From the NCBI GenBank assembly GCA_021107795.1, contig JAIOSB010000009.1, positions 1-58,903 on the forward strand: 58,903 bases of DNA, in the 5' to 3' direction. The notes under the pieces were generated by a model. The model was given only the letters and a program-made list of their open reading frames with translations. It did not search any database and was not told where the DNA came from. Numbering within the stretch: the stretch's first letter is position 1; every line of letters starts with the position of its first letter. The translations under genes were made by a program, and so were the position numbers. Below are positions 9,653 to 20,081 of this stretch, piece by piece. The stretch is from a bacterium. GTDB lineage: Bacteria; Patescibacteriota; Dojkabacteria; SC72.

Positions 9653-11074
9653 ATGACTGCCCAAAAGTTTTGTAAAACAAAGATAGTAGCTACCATTGGT
9701 CCATCAAGTTGGGATAAGGATGTTCTCAAGCAAATGATTGAAGCGGGAGTTGATGTCGCAAGAGTTAATACTTCGTTCGCTGATTTTGATGAATTAGAGA
9801 AAGTTCTGAAGACAATACGAAGTATTTCACCAAGGATTTCACTCTTGATGGATACAAAAGGCAGCAAGATACGAGTGACTGGATTTGAAACACAAAAGAT
9901 CCTTAAAAAGGACCAAGTTCTTACTCTCATTCCTTCTTCCAAAGACTTAACTAGTGATAACGAAATACAGATTACCTACGATAAGCTACATGAGGATATT
10001 ACTAGAAATACTGTAATTTTGCTTGATGATGGGAATATAGAACTAAAAGTTGAAGATATCGTTGGGGCTGATGTTGTATGTGTTGTTCAAAATAATTCGA
10101 TACTACATCCCAACAAAACAGTTAATATCCCAAATTGTTTTCTTAATTTCCCTCTTCTTACAGAGAAAGATCAACAAGACATTCAATCTGCTGTAACACT
10201 TGGTTATGATTTTGTAGCACTTTCATTTGTACAAAACAGTGAAGTGATAAAACTCACAAGAGAATTGCTTGGGGATAGTGGTATTAATATAATATCCAAG
10301 ATTGAGAATCAGGCAGGGATTGATAATTTCGATGATATCTTAAAATATTCAGATGTCATTATGATAGCTCGGGGGGACCTTGGAGTAGAAATACCCTATG
10401 AGCAAATTCCAATCATTCAGAAACAACTGATCTATAGATGTAGGGCTGTTGGAAAGCCTGTAATTGTTGCTACACAAATGTTGGAGAGTATGAGGCATAA
10501 TATTAGGGCAACCAGAGCAGAGGTAAGTGATGTAGCTAACAGTGTAATAGATGGAGCCGATGCTGTAATGCTTTCTGCAGAGACTTCTACAGGAGATCAT
10601 CCTATAAAAAGTGTAACCACTATGAATACCATAGCTCTCTCTGTTGAGAATATTCTCTCTCCACAGGTTGTATATGGTAGAACTGATGCTTCTGAGAATA
10701 CAGATGAACTATGTAAAAGTGTTTTCAGTCTTACCCAGTCTCTTGATCTAAAGGCTGTCTTAGTCATCTCACATAGTGGAAAGAGTGTTCAATCTCTTTC
10801 AAGACATAGATTGTCAATTCCAATATATGAGGTTACAGACGATGCAAAGCGAGTTAGAGAAGATAATATCCTTCGTGGAGTTAAATGTTACTACTCTCCA
10901 TCCTTATCTAAAGATCGAGATGAGAGCTTACAAAAAGCGACTGAGGTTGTATTTTCATATGGGGAGTTGGATTTTGACGACAAAATTGCTATTATTAGCG
11001 GTAGTTCTATTAAAAACAAAAGTACGAACTCAATATTAGAGATAGCTACCGTTGGAGATTTACTCGGTAAATAG
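9653..11074 (+). CDS. pyk: pyruvate kinase
   Basis: KTKIVATIGPSS at the N-terminus, MIARGDLGVEIP, and VATQMLESM followed by TRAEVSDVANSV. Confidence 0.95.
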   Translation: MTAQKFCKTKIVATIGPSSWDKDVLKQMIEAGVDVARVNTSFADFDELEKVLKTIRSISPRISLLMDTKGSKIRVTGFETQKILKKDQVLTLIPSSKDLTSDNEIQITYDKLHEDITRNTVILLDDGNIELKVEDIVGADVVCVVQNNSILHPNKTVNIPNCFLNFPLLTEKDQQDIQSAVTLGYDFVALSFVQNSEVIKLTRELLGDSGINIISKIENQAGIDNFDDILKYSDVIMIARGDLGVEIPYEQIPIIQKQLIYRCRAVGKPVIVATQMLESMRHNIRATRAEVSDVANSVIDGADAVMLSAETSTGDHPIKSVTTMNTIALSVENILSPQVVYGRTDASENTDELCKSVFSLTQSLDLKAVLVISHSGKSVQSLSRHRLSIPIYEVTDDAKRVREDNILRGVKCYYSPSLSKDRDESLQKATEVVFSYGELDFDDKIAIISGSSIKNKSTNSILEIATVGDLLGK

Positions 11075-11078
11075 TATT

Positions 11079-11154
11079 GGTGACGTAGCCAAGTTGGTTA
11101 AGGCCGTGGTCTGCAAAACCACTATCATGGGTTCGAATCCCATCGTCACCTCCA
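11079..11154 (+). tRNA. tRNA-Cys (anticodon GCA), CCA encoded
   Basis: Acceptor GGTGACG/CGTCACC, anticodon stem GTGGT/ACCAC with loop CTGCAAA, T-arm ATGGG-TTCGAAT-CCCAT, then TCCA. Confidence 0.9.
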
Positions 11155-11217
11155 AAATAAGCCCCATACTACTTTGTTGATAATCCTTCAAGAATACATT
11201 AAAATACATCACTCCAA

Positions 11218-11301
11218 GCCGGGGTGGTGGAACTGGCAGACACGCGGGACTTAAAATCCCGTTCTAGAAATAGAGTGGGGGTTCAAGTCCCCCTCCCGGC
11301 A
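11218..11301 (+). tRNA. tRNA-Leu (anticodon UAA)
   Basis: Acceptor GCCGGGG/TCCCGGC (one G-U pair), anticodon stem CGGGA/TCCCG with loop CTTAAAA, long variable arm, T-arm GGGGG-TTCAAGT-CCCCC. Confidence 0.9.
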
Positions 11302-11305
11302 TTTC

Positions 11306-11557
11306 TTAAGACACATCGCCAAACATATCAAGATCATTGTTACCACACTTGGGACAAACATTGAGTGGTTTTGTACCTTCATAAACAAAACCACACTTCA
11401 AACACTTCCACCTTAACCATCTATCCCCTAAATCTTCAGGAATAGGATTATTATCTTCATATTCCTTACCTGCCATCACAACATTGGTACTTTGCACTTG
11501 TTGTACAACCTTTTTAGTAGGAACAACCGTGCTATTATCCTTTTTGACATCTTCCAT
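11306..11557 (-). CDS. small zinc-ribbon (rubredoxin-like) protein
   Basis: Two CxxC knuckles, WKCLKCGFVYEG and VCPKCGN, in an 83-aa ORF. Confidence 0.6.
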   Translation of the reverse strand: MEDVKKDNSTVVPTKKVVQQVQSTNVVMAGKEYEDNNPIPEDLGDRWLRWKCLKCGFVYEGTKPLNVCPKCGNNDLDMFGDVS

Positions 11558-11582
11558 CTCTTAATATTTATAATTTAAACAT

Positions 11583-12179
11583 TCACTCCTCACAAACAAC
11601 ACCCTTCTTCTTTAGAAAACTAGCTATTAAATCAAATGTCTCATCCTCTGTTTGATTAGAGCTATCAACCACCAAATCATTGTATATGCCTTGATTACTA
11701 TAATCTATTTCATACAATTCTTTATACCTTTTTCTATCCAACTTCCACCTCTTTATCAAATCCTTTCTGATTCGTTTCTTTCTAAGGAAACTTTTCAGCG
11801 GATTAAATATCTTCTCCTTTTTAAAAACCCTATTCACTCTCACATCCAAAGAAGCTGTAATCCATATTTTCGCACTACATTGGATAGCCTCTACAGTAGC
11901 AATACCAGCAAAAACCTTACTCTCTATCAACACATTCCCTCTCTTTGCTAATTCTCTCAAGAGCTCATCTACTCTCATATCAATCTCTCTTACCGTACTC
12001 TCCTCAACCTGGTTGTAAAAAGCCTCCAAACTATCATACCCTTGAGATTGAGCCTCCTTTCTAAAATACTCACCCCCATACACCCTTTCAATATTGAGAT
12101 ATTTTGCAAGACGAGTAGAAATGACTGAAGAACCACTACCTCCTGGGCCACCAACAACTACAACCATTTGGTCATTCAT
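11583..12179 (-). CDS. P-loop nucleotide kinase, archaeal-type cytidylate kinase-like
   Basis: P-loop VVGGPGGSGSS lies directly after the ATG chosen at 12179. The ORF extends to 12242, but that extension would overlap ftsW. Overall the protein resembles the small AAA/CMP kinase family. Confidence 0.65.
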   Translation of the reverse strand: MNDQMVVVVGGPGGSGSSVISTRLAKYLNIERVYGGEYFRKEAQSQGYDSLEAFYNQVEESTVREIDMRVDELLRELAKRGNVLIESKVFAGIATVEAIQCSAKIWITASLDVRVNRVFKKEKIFNPLKSFLRKKRIRKDLIKRWKLDRKRYKELYEIDYSNQGIYNDLVVDSSNQTEDETFDLIASFLKKKGVVCEE

Positions 12180-12206
12180 ATAGGAATATTGTATATTAGA
12201 GCAAGT

Positions 12207-13412
12207 ATGATGTCTAGAAAACGGAAAACGAAAAAGAACCACAAACGGAAGAGGCTCAACGCTGGGGATAAAGTTATTCTAACTATCTCTACACTAATGG
12301 TCGTATTTGGTGCAATGATGATCTTTGATGCAAGCATGTATGTAGCAGACCAGATATTCTTTGATAAGTTCCACTTTCTCATACTACACCTACAGTGGTT
12401 GGTAATAGGGGTTGGATTAGCTACACTTATCTACTTCTGGGACTATCACAAACTACTCAAAATCTCTGCCCCAGCATTAGTGATAACGATAGCATTGCTA
12501 CTACTCGTACTAATTGCAGGAGAAGAGATCAATGGATCAAAAAGATGGTTTGTTTTAGGAGGATTAGGTACAATACAACCTGCGGAATTCGCTAAGATAG
12601 CAGTGATCCTCTATCTATCCTCTTGGCTATCCAAACAAAAATATAACTACAAGAGTATTAAATCCGCATACAAAGATGGTTTCGGTAAATACTTACTAAG
12701 CTTCATTGCAATTGTAGGAGCTCCTGCACTGTTAATTATCTTAGAGCCAGACTTAGGAACTACAATGATTATCTGTATCACTTCCTTCCTAATGTTTCTC
12801 ATATCTGGAGAAGATCGTATACACACAGCAGGAACTCTCATCTCTACACTATTAATAGGACTGCCACTCACAACACTAGCAATCACTATTGCACCATACC
12901 GGTTAGAAAGATTCAAAACTTACTTAACCTTACTCTTCACAGGAGAAATATCTGATCCCCGCGGAAGTGGATATCAAATACAACAAATACTCATCGGCAT
13001 TGGAAGTGGTGGTTTCTTTGGGAAAGGCTTTGGACAATCTAGACAAAGATTTGGATACCTAGTTGAAAACACTGCTTTTACAGATTCTACATTTGCAATA
13101 TTACTAGAAGAGCTAGGATTTCTAGGCGGAAGTATACTAGTATTTGCATGGATTGTATTCTTTCTTAGAGGTTTCAAGATAGCACAGAATGCTCCTGACA
13201 AAGAAGGCCGACTCCTAGCAATGGGCATTGTAATTTGGCTTACTGTACAAGCATTTCTTAACATGGGTGCAAATGTTGGATTAATCCCTCTCACAGGAAT
13301 ACCACTACCATTCTTTACATATGGAGGCTCAAGTACACTTGTAACTTTAGTCGGAATTGCTATACTTCTTAATATATCAAGATTCACAAAAAACAATGGG
13401 AAGAAACAATAG
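12207..13412 (+). CDS. ftsW: SEDS-family peptidoglycan glycosyltransferase FtsW
   Basis: A polytopic membrane protein with SEDS motifs (EPDLGT, GYQIQQ, PLTGIPLPFFTYGGSS) directly upstream of murG. ATG at 12207 is preferred over the upstream TTG at 12168. Confidence 0.9.
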   Translation: MMSRKRKTKKNHKRKRLNAGDKVILTISTLMVVFGAMMIFDASMYVADQIFFDKFHFLILHLQWLVIGVGLATLIYFWDYHKLLKISAPALVITIALLLLVLIAGEEINGSKRWFVLGGLGTIQPAEFAKIAVILYLSSWLSKQKYNYKSIKSAYKDGFGKYLLSFIAIVGAPALLIILEPDLGTTMIICITSFLMFLISGEDRIHTAGTLISTLLIGLPLTTLAITIAPYRLERFKTYLTLLFTGEISDPRGSGYQIQQILIGIGSGGFFGKGFGQSRQRFGYLVENTAFTDSTFAILLEELGFLGGSILVFAWIVFFLRGFKIAQNAPDKEGRLLAMGIVIWLTVQAFLNMGANVGLIPLTGIPLPFFTYGGSSTLVTLVGIAILLNISRFTKNNGKKQ

Positions 13413-14553
13413 GAAGATATTAATAACAGGAGGTGGAAGTGGAGGACATGTCTCTGTCGCCTCTGCACTAATTGATGGTATTAGAGAAAAATATCCAGAA
13501 AGCTATAAACATCTCACTTACATAGGAGGAGATCTCGCTATGATAGGAGAACAGTATGGACAATCTATAGAGCAAAAGCTCTTCAAAGATGCAGACTTCA
13601 AATGTTACTACATTAGAGCTGGGAAACTACAAAGAAGTTTCTCCTTCTCTTCTCTCAAACTATGCTTACGAACAATACTCGGTTTTAAAGATGCTTTTAA
13701 GCTTATCAAAGATATTAAACCAGACCTCATCTTCTCCTCTGGCGGATTTGTGAGTGTTCCAGTTTGTATAGCAGGATGGTTACAATCTATACCAATCTAC
13801 CTACACGAACAAACAGCTGCAGTAGGCTTAGCCAATCAAATTGTAGGGAAATTCGCTAAAAAGATATTTATCACTTTCAATTCCTCTAAACAATATTTTA
13901 ATAACAAGAATGTAATTCAAACTGGCAATGTAGTAAGAACCTCAATACTTAACAAAAAAGGAGAGGGAAAGAATGTAGAAAAGATTAAGAATATGAAAGA
14001 TGGTAAATTGTCAATTATATACATTTCCGGTGGAGGACTTGGTTCACACAAACTTAACACATATATATTAGAAAACTTAGACCTTTTACTAAGAGATTAC
14101 AATGTAATTTTACAAATGGGAGACAACCAAGTTTTTAAAGACTATGATTTTGCAACAAAGATTCAGAGTCAATTAAATTCAAACCTTCAAGACAGATTCC
14201 TTCCAGTCAAATACTTCAACGAAAAAGAAATGGGGTTTGTTTTCCACAACATAGATCTCTATATCGGTAGAGCAGGTGCCAATACTGTCTACGAGATCGG
14301 AGTATTACAAATCCCTTCCATCTTTATCCCAATCCCATGGGTTACACATGATGAGCAAACAAAAAACGCACAAACTTTAGCGAGCCTTGGCTTATCTGAA
14401 ATTCTACCCGAAAAGGATCTTAGCTCTATCAACATCTCTGTATATATCAAAGACTTCTTAAGTCGAGAATTAGGAGTTAACAAAAAGAAAATAGCGATTC
14501 TTTTTCCTACAACAGCCCTAGAACAAATTCTTTCACATATCTTTGTATTATGA
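13396..14553 (+). CDS. murG: undecaprenyldiphospho-muramoylpentapeptide beta-N-acetylglucosaminyltransferase
   Basis: The N-terminal ITGGGSGGHV loop and a GT28 layout. ATG at 13396 overlaps the ftsW end. Confidence 0.9.
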   Translation: MGRNNRKILITGGGSGGHVSVASALIDGIREKYPESYKHLTYIGGDLAMIGEQYGQSIEQKLFKDADFKCYYIRAGKLQRSFSFSSLKLCLRTILGFKDAFKLIKDIKPDLIFSSGGFVSVPVCIAGWLQSIPIYLHEQTAAVGLANQIVGKFAKKIFITFNSSKQYFNNKNVIQTGNVVRTSILNKKGEGKNVEKIKNMKDGKLSIIYISGGGLGSHKLNTYILENLDLLLRDYNVILQMGDNQVFKDYDFATKIQSQLNSNLQDRFLPVKYFNEKEMGFVFHNIDLYIGRAGANTVYEIGVLQIPSIFIPIPWVTHDEQTKNAQTLASLGLSEILPEKDLSSINISVYIKDFLSRELGVNKKKIAILFPTTALEQILSHIFVL

Positions 14554-15587
14554 AAAAGTTTAAAAACAAATCACTAAGGACACTCAACACCTTCATGGTA
14601 GATGTATCTGTAGACCAATATATTGAGGTGGATACTATTAAAGACCTTACAGAAATATATGACCAAGGAATCTTCAATAAGAAATTCCTCATTCTTGGAG
14701 GTGGTTCCAACACTCTCTTTGTTAACAATTTTCAAGGCAGTGTAATTCACCCAAATATTCTGGGAAAAGAAATTATAAGTGAAGACAAAGAAACAGTAAC
14801 CATAAAGGTTAGAGCAGGGGAGAGTTGGGAAGACATTGTAGAATGGTCAGTAGAACGAAATTACCTTGGACTCCAAAATTTAGCTAATATTCCTGGTGAT
14901 TGTGGTGCAGCTCCAGTACAAAATATTGGAGCATATGGTGTAGAGATTAAAGATTTCCTAATCTCAATTGAATACTTTGATATGAAAACTGGAGAAGTAA
15001 AGAATATTTCAAACAAGGATTGTGAATTCGGATATAGAGATAGCATCTTTAAACACAAGCTTAAAGATAGTGCTCTCATTCTCTCACTCACCCTTTCTCT
15101 TAGAAAATGGAAGCGTGACCTTGAAGTACCCGAGAACTTTTTAGTATATAAAGGTATAACAGATCGATTAGAAAAGAGTTGTGAAAAACCATACACCATA
15201 AAGAAAGTATTTAACGTAGTATGTGAGATTAGAAATGAGAAATTACCAAAAGTAGGAGAGTATGGATCTTGTGGAAGTACATTTGCTAACCCAACTATCC
15301 AGAAAGAGAAATATCAAGAACTACTTGTCAATTCCCCCAATCTTCCAAGTTACAGTACCGACAAAGAAAATGTTGTAAAAATCCCTGCAGCATATATTTT
15401 GGATAAATTGGGTTGGAAAAACAAAAGAGTAGGGAAGTGTGGAACTTGGATAAAGCATCCTCTCATAGTTACCAACTATGATAATGCAACTGGAAAAGAA
15501 CTCTATGATCTAATTCGCACTATTCAAAAAGAGTTCTTTGATAATACAGGTATCAACTTAAATACTGAAATTAATATAATTTTTTAA
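14550..15587 (+). CDS. murB: UDP-N-acetylenolpyruvoylglucosamine reductase
   Basis: FAD-binding ILGGGSNTLF, GAAPVQNIGAYG and a C-terminal MurB domain. ATGA overlap with murG. Confidence 0.9.
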   Translation: MKKFKNKSLRTLNTFMVDVSVDQYIEVDTIKDLTEIYDQGIFNKKFLILGGGSNTLFVNNFQGSVIHPNILGKEIISEDKETVTIKVRAGESWEDIVEWSVERNYLGLQNLANIPGDCGAAPVQNIGAYGVEIKDFLISIEYFDMKTGEVKNISNKDCEFGYRDSIFKHKLKDSALILSLTLSLRKWKRDLEVPENFLVYKGITDRLEKSCEKPYTIKKVFNVVCEIRNEKLPKVGEYGSCGSTFANPTIQKEKYQELLVNSPNLPSYSTDKENVVKIPAAYILDKLGWKNKRVGKCGTWIKHPLIVTNYDNATGKELYDLIRTIQKEFFDNTGINLNTEINIIF

Positions 15588-15596
15588 TATAATAAT

Positions 15597-16889
15597 ATGG
15601 CAAACTTAATAGTTAGAGGTGGGAAGAAACTTAGTGGACAAATCACGCCTGCTGGAAATAAAAATGCGGTATTACCAATTCTTTGTGCAACCCTCCTTAC
15701 CAATGAGACTGTCACTATTAGAAATATTCCTGAATTACTTGATGTGACTCAACTCATCGATCTAATGATATCTCTTGGTTCTGATATTAATTGGAACAAG
15801 GAGGAAAAGGTTGTTACGGTAAATAATTCAAATTTAAGAAAAGATTTAGGTGATAAAGGATTCCCTTTAGGAATGAGGGGAGCTATCCTCCTACTAGGTC
15901 CGTTAGCTAACAGAATGGATCATATTGAAATAAAGACAAATATAGGTGGTTGCGCACTTGGTATTAGAGAATTAGATCCACATATTGATGTCCTCAAGGC
16001 TTTGGGTGCAAATGTTACAACGAAAGAGCACCTTACTGTTGACACTACAAACGGTCTTACAGGAGGAACTATTTGGACCGACTATATGTCAGTTACAACT
16101 ACTGAGAACTTCATCATGGCAGCATCTATGGCTCATGGGACTAGTACACTAACCAACGCTGCCTCTGAACCACATGTCCAAGATCTTTGCAATTTTCTTG
16201 TTCAAATGGGAGCTAATATTGAAAATATTGGTTCATGTAAGATAATAGTGCACGGTGTAGAAGAACTCCATGGTACAGACTTTACAATATCATCTGATCA
16301 TCATGAGATAACTACACTTCTAGCACTAGGAGCAATGACAGGTGGAGAAGTAAGAGTTACCAACGCTATACCAAATCACTTTCCTTTAATAAACAAAGTC
16401 TTTAAGAAACTGGGAGTAGATATTGAATATGAAGAAGATACTGCAATCGTAAGAGAGAATCAAACACTGGAGATACTCTCTCCATATACAAAGAATATGC
16501 TACCTAAGATAGAGGCTGCACCATGGCCATACTTCCCTGCTGATTTACTCCCTTTGATGGTAGCATTGGGAGTGAAAGCAGATGGTTCTATCATGTTCTG
16601 GAATAAATTGTATGAAGGAGGTTTCCTATGGATACCTGAACTTGTAAAGTTTGGTGCACAAGCGATAATGTGTGATCCACATAGAATTATCGTATATGGA
16701 AACAAACCCCTTAAGGCCGCTAATGTAAATGCTCCAGATATCATCAGATCAACGGTAGCTCTACTTATGTTGGCTTTGACAATAGATGGAGAGAGTAGAA
16801 TAAATAATGCTGATTCTATCAATAGGGCACATCCAAACTTCATTGAAAACTTAAACACATTAGGTGCAGATATTGAGTGGGTAGAGTAG
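15597..16889 (+). CDS. murA: UDP-N-acetylglucosamine 1-carboxyvinyltransferase
   Basis: LSGQITPAGNKNAVLPILCA at the N-terminus and an EPSP/MurA-type two-domain length. Confidence 0.9.
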   Translation: MANLIVRGGKKLSGQITPAGNKNAVLPILCATLLTNETVTIRNIPELLDVTQLIDLMISLGSDINWNKEEKVVTVNNSNLRKDLGDKGFPLGMRGAILLLGPLANRMDHIEIKTNIGGCALGIRELDPHIDVLKALGANVTTKEHLTVDTTNGLTGGTIWTDYMSVTTTENFIMAASMAHGTSTLTNAASEPHVQDLCNFLVQMGANIENIGSCKIIVHGVEELHGTDFTISSDHHEITTLLALGAMTGGEVRVTNAIPNHFPLINKVFKKLGVDIEYEEDTAIVRENQTLEILSPYTKNMLPKIEAAPWPYFPADLLPLMVALGVKADGSIMFWNKLYEGGFLWIPELVKFGAQAIMCDPHRIIVYGNKPLKAANVNAPDIIRSTVALLMLALTIDGESRINNADSINRAHPNFIENLNTLGADIEWVE

Positions 16890-16890
16890 G

Positions 16891-18234
16891 TTACTCAACA
16901 ATATTGTACAAACCAATACTATGACTAGCTTTTAAAAGCACTGCAGACTCTCTTTGACCTCTTGTAAGACTCCCTACCACCTCTTTAGCTTCTTGCCAAT
17001 TCTTCAATCTCTTGCCTACACCAAACTGATCAAAAGAATCTCCAATATAGAAAACCTTATTAAAATTCTTTGAATTTACTAATTCACCAATCAACCTATG
17101 CTGCTCATCAGACACCTCTCCTAACTCCTTCATATCACCAAGGATTACAATTCTTTCATACTTCTCCCCATCAAATATCTCGTCAAAGGTATCTATTGCC
17201 ATCCTCATAGAAGTAGGATTTGCATTGTAAGCATCATTTACAACAGTAACACCCTTACCAAACTCCCTCACCTCAAACCTTCCACTAAACCCCTTGTATG
17301 AAGAAAGTGCTGGTATAGACCTCTCAACCTCTATTCCCAATAAATTAGCCAAGGCAATGGCAGCTAGAGCGTTGTACGCCATCTCTTTACCATACACTCC
17401 AATAGTACACTCATACTCCTTCTCCATATATACAAATACAAATGTAGTACCACTTCTAGAAACCTTAGAATCTATCAATCTAAAATCCTTCCCACCATAT
17501 CCGTATGTAAGAAACTGGTAAGAATAATCATTCTCAATCCCTTGTAACCACTCATCATCACTATTTAACACCAAAGGTTTACCAGTACGATGTAAATAAT
17601 CTGCCAAATCCTTCTTAGTCTTAAATACATTCTCAATACCTCCCACATTCTCTGCATGTACATACCCAATATTTAATATCACACCCAAATCAGGCGCTAA
17701 GGCTCTACATGCCCACCCAATCTCTCCCAATCTATCCATTCCCAACTCTAAAACAATATATTCATGCCCATCATACTCTGAAAGAATCTTGGCATTCCCC
17801 CACAAGGTGTTAAGATTTGTATCTGTACTAAGTACACTACCTTTCTCCCCAAGTATTGTAACCAACATATCTCGAGTAGTTGTTTTACCAGTACTACCCG
17901 TAATTGCAACAATGGGGGCTGATATATCTGAAAAAAGGATATTTACAATCTTTTCTAGACCTTCTTCTATAGAATCTACAACTATTATTGGCTTCCCCAG
18001 ATCACAAACACTACCTACATGCTCACTATCACACATTGAAACTACTGCACCACCCTCAAATGCTTGAGTAATGTAATCATGTCCATCGAAATTCTCTCCC
18101 TTAAGTGGGAAAAATATCTCCCCCCCCTCTATACTTCTAGTATCATAGTTAACTCCAGTAATTTCAACATCCTCAAAGTTAATAATTTCAAATTCTGGTA
18201 ACTTCTCTTTAATTTCTGACAGTCTAATATTCAT
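16891..18234 (-). CDS. murF: UDP-N-acetylmuramoyl-tripeptide--D-alanyl-D-alanine ligase
   Basis: Mur ligase P-loop ITGSTGKTTT and DAYNANP. Length and layout fit MurF. Confidence 0.85.
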   Translation of the reverse strand: MNIRLSEIKEKLPEFEIINFEDVEITGVNYDTRSIEGGEIFFPLKGENFDGHDYITQAFEGGAVVSMCDSEHVGSVCDLGKPIIVVDSIEEGLEKIVNILFSDISAPIVAITGSTGKTTTRDMLVTILGEKGSVLSTDTNLNTLWGNAKILSEYDGHEYIVLELGMDRLGEIGWACRALAPDLGVILNIGYVHAENVGGIENVFKTKKDLADYLHRTGKPLVLNSDDEWLQGIENDYSYQFLTYGYGGKDFRLIDSKVSRSGTTFVFVYMEKEYECTIGVYGKEMAYNALAAIALANLLGIEVERSIPALSSYKGFSGRFEVREFGKGVTVVNDAYNANPTSMRMAIDTFDEIFDGEKYERIVILGDMKELGEVSDEQHRLIGELVNSKNFNKVFYIGDSFDQFGVGKRLKNWQEAKEVVGSLTRGQRESAVLLKASHSIGLYNIVE

Positions 18235-18372
18235 ACAAATAAATCTTTGTAATTTAGATAACTCATATTACCATATATTTAATAATAGAGACTACAAGTC
18301 AAGATGACCTCTTGTAACAATCCCAGTTTAACAACAGTTTTGTAATAATACATAGCTTGTAGTATTTCTCAC

Positions 18373-18402
18373 TTGACCACCCACAGTATTTAGTTGTATA
18401 TT
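18373..18402 (+). promoter_or_regulatory. candidate sigma-70-type promoter of the mraZ operon
   Basis: TTGACC (18373..18378), an 18-nt spacer, then TATATT (18397..18402), 47 nt upstream of the mraZ ATG. Confidence 0.5.
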
Positions 18403-18428
18403 AGTGGCAGGAAGTGGCGAGAAGTGGT
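18403..18428 (+). promoter_or_regulatory. MraZ operator: three direct AGTGG(C/T) boxes at exact 10-nt spacing
   Basis: AGTGGC at 18403 and 18413 and AGTGGT at 18423, immediately downstream of the -10 element. MraZ is known to bind arrays of short direct repeats at its own promoter. Confidence 0.7.
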
Positions 18429-18448
18429 GAAAGATGATATAGTGAACT

Positions 18449-18892
18449 ATGCTAATAGGAGAATACACAAGTAAAATAGGAGAAAAGAAGAGGGTATCAC
18501 TTCCAAGTAAGTTCAAGGAAGAACTAGGTAACAACCTAATTCTTACAAGAGGTTACGAAGATGCGCTAATTATTGTAAACAAGAAATTGTGGGAAACAAT
18601 AGCATCAGAGGTTATAAATGGCTCTTTTATAGATAAAAATATCCGAGATACAAGTAGATTCTTAGTCGGTGGAGCAAAAGAGATAGAACTAGACTCTCAA
18701 GGCCGTTTTGTAATACCACAATCCCTTTTTACCCATGCAGACCTACAAGATGAGATCATCTTTGTAGGACTAGTCAATTGGGTAGAGGTGTGGGACAAAG
18801 GAAAATGGAAAGAGAGAATAGAGTATTTGAAAGAGAATAGCGATCAAATTGCACAAGAGATAAGTAAAATGAACAACAACACTGATGACTAA
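18449..18892 (+). CDS. mraZ: transcriptional regulator MraZ
   Basis: A duplicated SpoVT/AbrB-like half (KKRVSLPSKFKEEL, QGRFVIPQSL), first gene of the dcw operon. Confidence 0.9.
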   Translation: MLIGEYTSKIGEKKRVSLPSKFKEELGNNLILTRGYEDALIIVNKKLWETIASEVINGSFIDKNIRDTSRFLVGGAKEIELDSQGRFVIPQSLFTHADLQDEIIFVGLVNWVEVWDKGKWKERIEYLKENSDQIAQEISKMNNNTDD

Positions 18893-19769
18893 AATCCACA
18901 TCCCTGTACTTCTAGAGGAGTGTCTTGAATCTTTGAGTATAAAAGCTGAAGGTTTTTATATTGACTGTACCCTTGGAGATGGAGGCCATAGCTATAAGAT
19001 GCTGTCCCGACTTTCATCTCAAGGGTTACTCTTAAGTATCGACCAAGATCAACATGCCATTGATTTTGTAAAGAACTTCTACGAGATACCCAGCAATTGG
19101 GTACTCGTAAACAGTAATTTCTCAAAGATATCACAAATACTCATTGATAACGATATCACTAGAGCACTAGACGGGATACTAATGGACCTTGGTCTTTCAT
19201 CAAGGCAATTAGAAAGCTCTCATGATAGAGGATTTAGCTATCAAGCAGACAACGAACCATTAGATATGAGAATGGACGAAAAACTGGGAGTTACTGCACT
19301 TGATATGCTCAGAGCCTCAAGCGAGAAAGAACTTACAAAGCTTTTCGCAGTATATGGTGAAGAGCGTTTTGCAAGATCAATTGCAAGAAAGATTAAGAAC
19401 AATATCTCAAGGATAAATACAGTTGGAGATCTTACAGGACTTATCTATGGGGCGGTTCCGGCAGCACCAAACCACAAAAACCCAACGCGCAGGGTTTTTC
19501 AAGCTCTGCGTATTGCGGTTAATGATGAACTTTATAGCCTTGAACAAGGCTTAGATAAGTCCTTTGAGATCTTAGCAGCAAATGGGAGGCTCTCAGTAAT
19601 ATCCTTCCATTCTTTGGAAGATCGCATTGTCAAGAATTTCTTTGACAAGCAAGTTAAAAAAGACAGAGGAGAGCTACTCTTTAAAAAAGTAGTTGTACCA
19701 AACCAAGAAGAAATGGATAGAAATCCTAGAGCGTCGTCAGCGAAATTAAGAACTATTATAAAAATTTAA
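18885..19769 (+). CDS. rsmH: 16S rRNA (cytosine1402-N4)-methyltransferase
   Basis: HIPVLLEE followed by DCTLGDGGHS, and the C-terminal NPRASSAKLR. Confidence 0.95.
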   Translation: MTKIHIPVLLEECLESLSIKAEGFYIDCTLGDGGHSYKMLSRLSSQGLLLSIDQDQHAIDFVKNFYEIPSNWVLVNSNFSKISQILIDNDITRALDGILMDLGLSSRQLESSHDRGFSYQADNEPLDMRMDEKLGVTALDMLRASSEKELTKLFAVYGEERFARSIARKIKNNISRINTVGDLTGLIYGAVPAAPNHKNPTRRVFQALRIAVNDELYSLEQGLDKSFEILAANGRLSVISFHSLEDRIVKNFFDKQVKKDRGELLFKKVVVPNQEEMDRNPRASSAKLRTIIKI

Positions 19770-19788
19770 TATATTTACTACCTAACTA

Positions 19789-20079
19789 GTGAAAAATATA
19801 AATATAACACAAAAAATCTCTTTAGTAACAATATTCCTATTTTTTGTTGCCCAACTCATTGTGAACTCAAATCTTAGCCCACTAGGAACACAGCTACAAA
19901 CTCTAAACAGTGAAAAGGAATATCTTGTTGAGGTTAATAATAATATCAACGAACAATTAGCTAAACTAAACTCTATTGTTGTAATCAAAGAGCTTGCACA
20001 AAAGCAACTTAATCTTGATAAAGCCTCTGCTCAATCTACTCTTTACATTCAAGTCGAAAACGTATTGGCTGAAAGGTAA
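19789..20079 (+). CDS. ftsL: cell-division protein FtsL-like (septum formation initiator type)
   Basis: A 96-aa bitopic protein with a GTG start, one TM segment then a coiled-coil, in the conserved position between rsmH and ftsI. Confidence 0.65.
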   Translation: MKNINITQKISLVTIFLFFVAQLIVNSNLSPLGTQLQTLNSEKEYLVEVNNNINEQLAKLNSIVVIKELAQKQLNLDKASAQSTLYIQVENVLAER

Positions 20080-20081
20080 AT

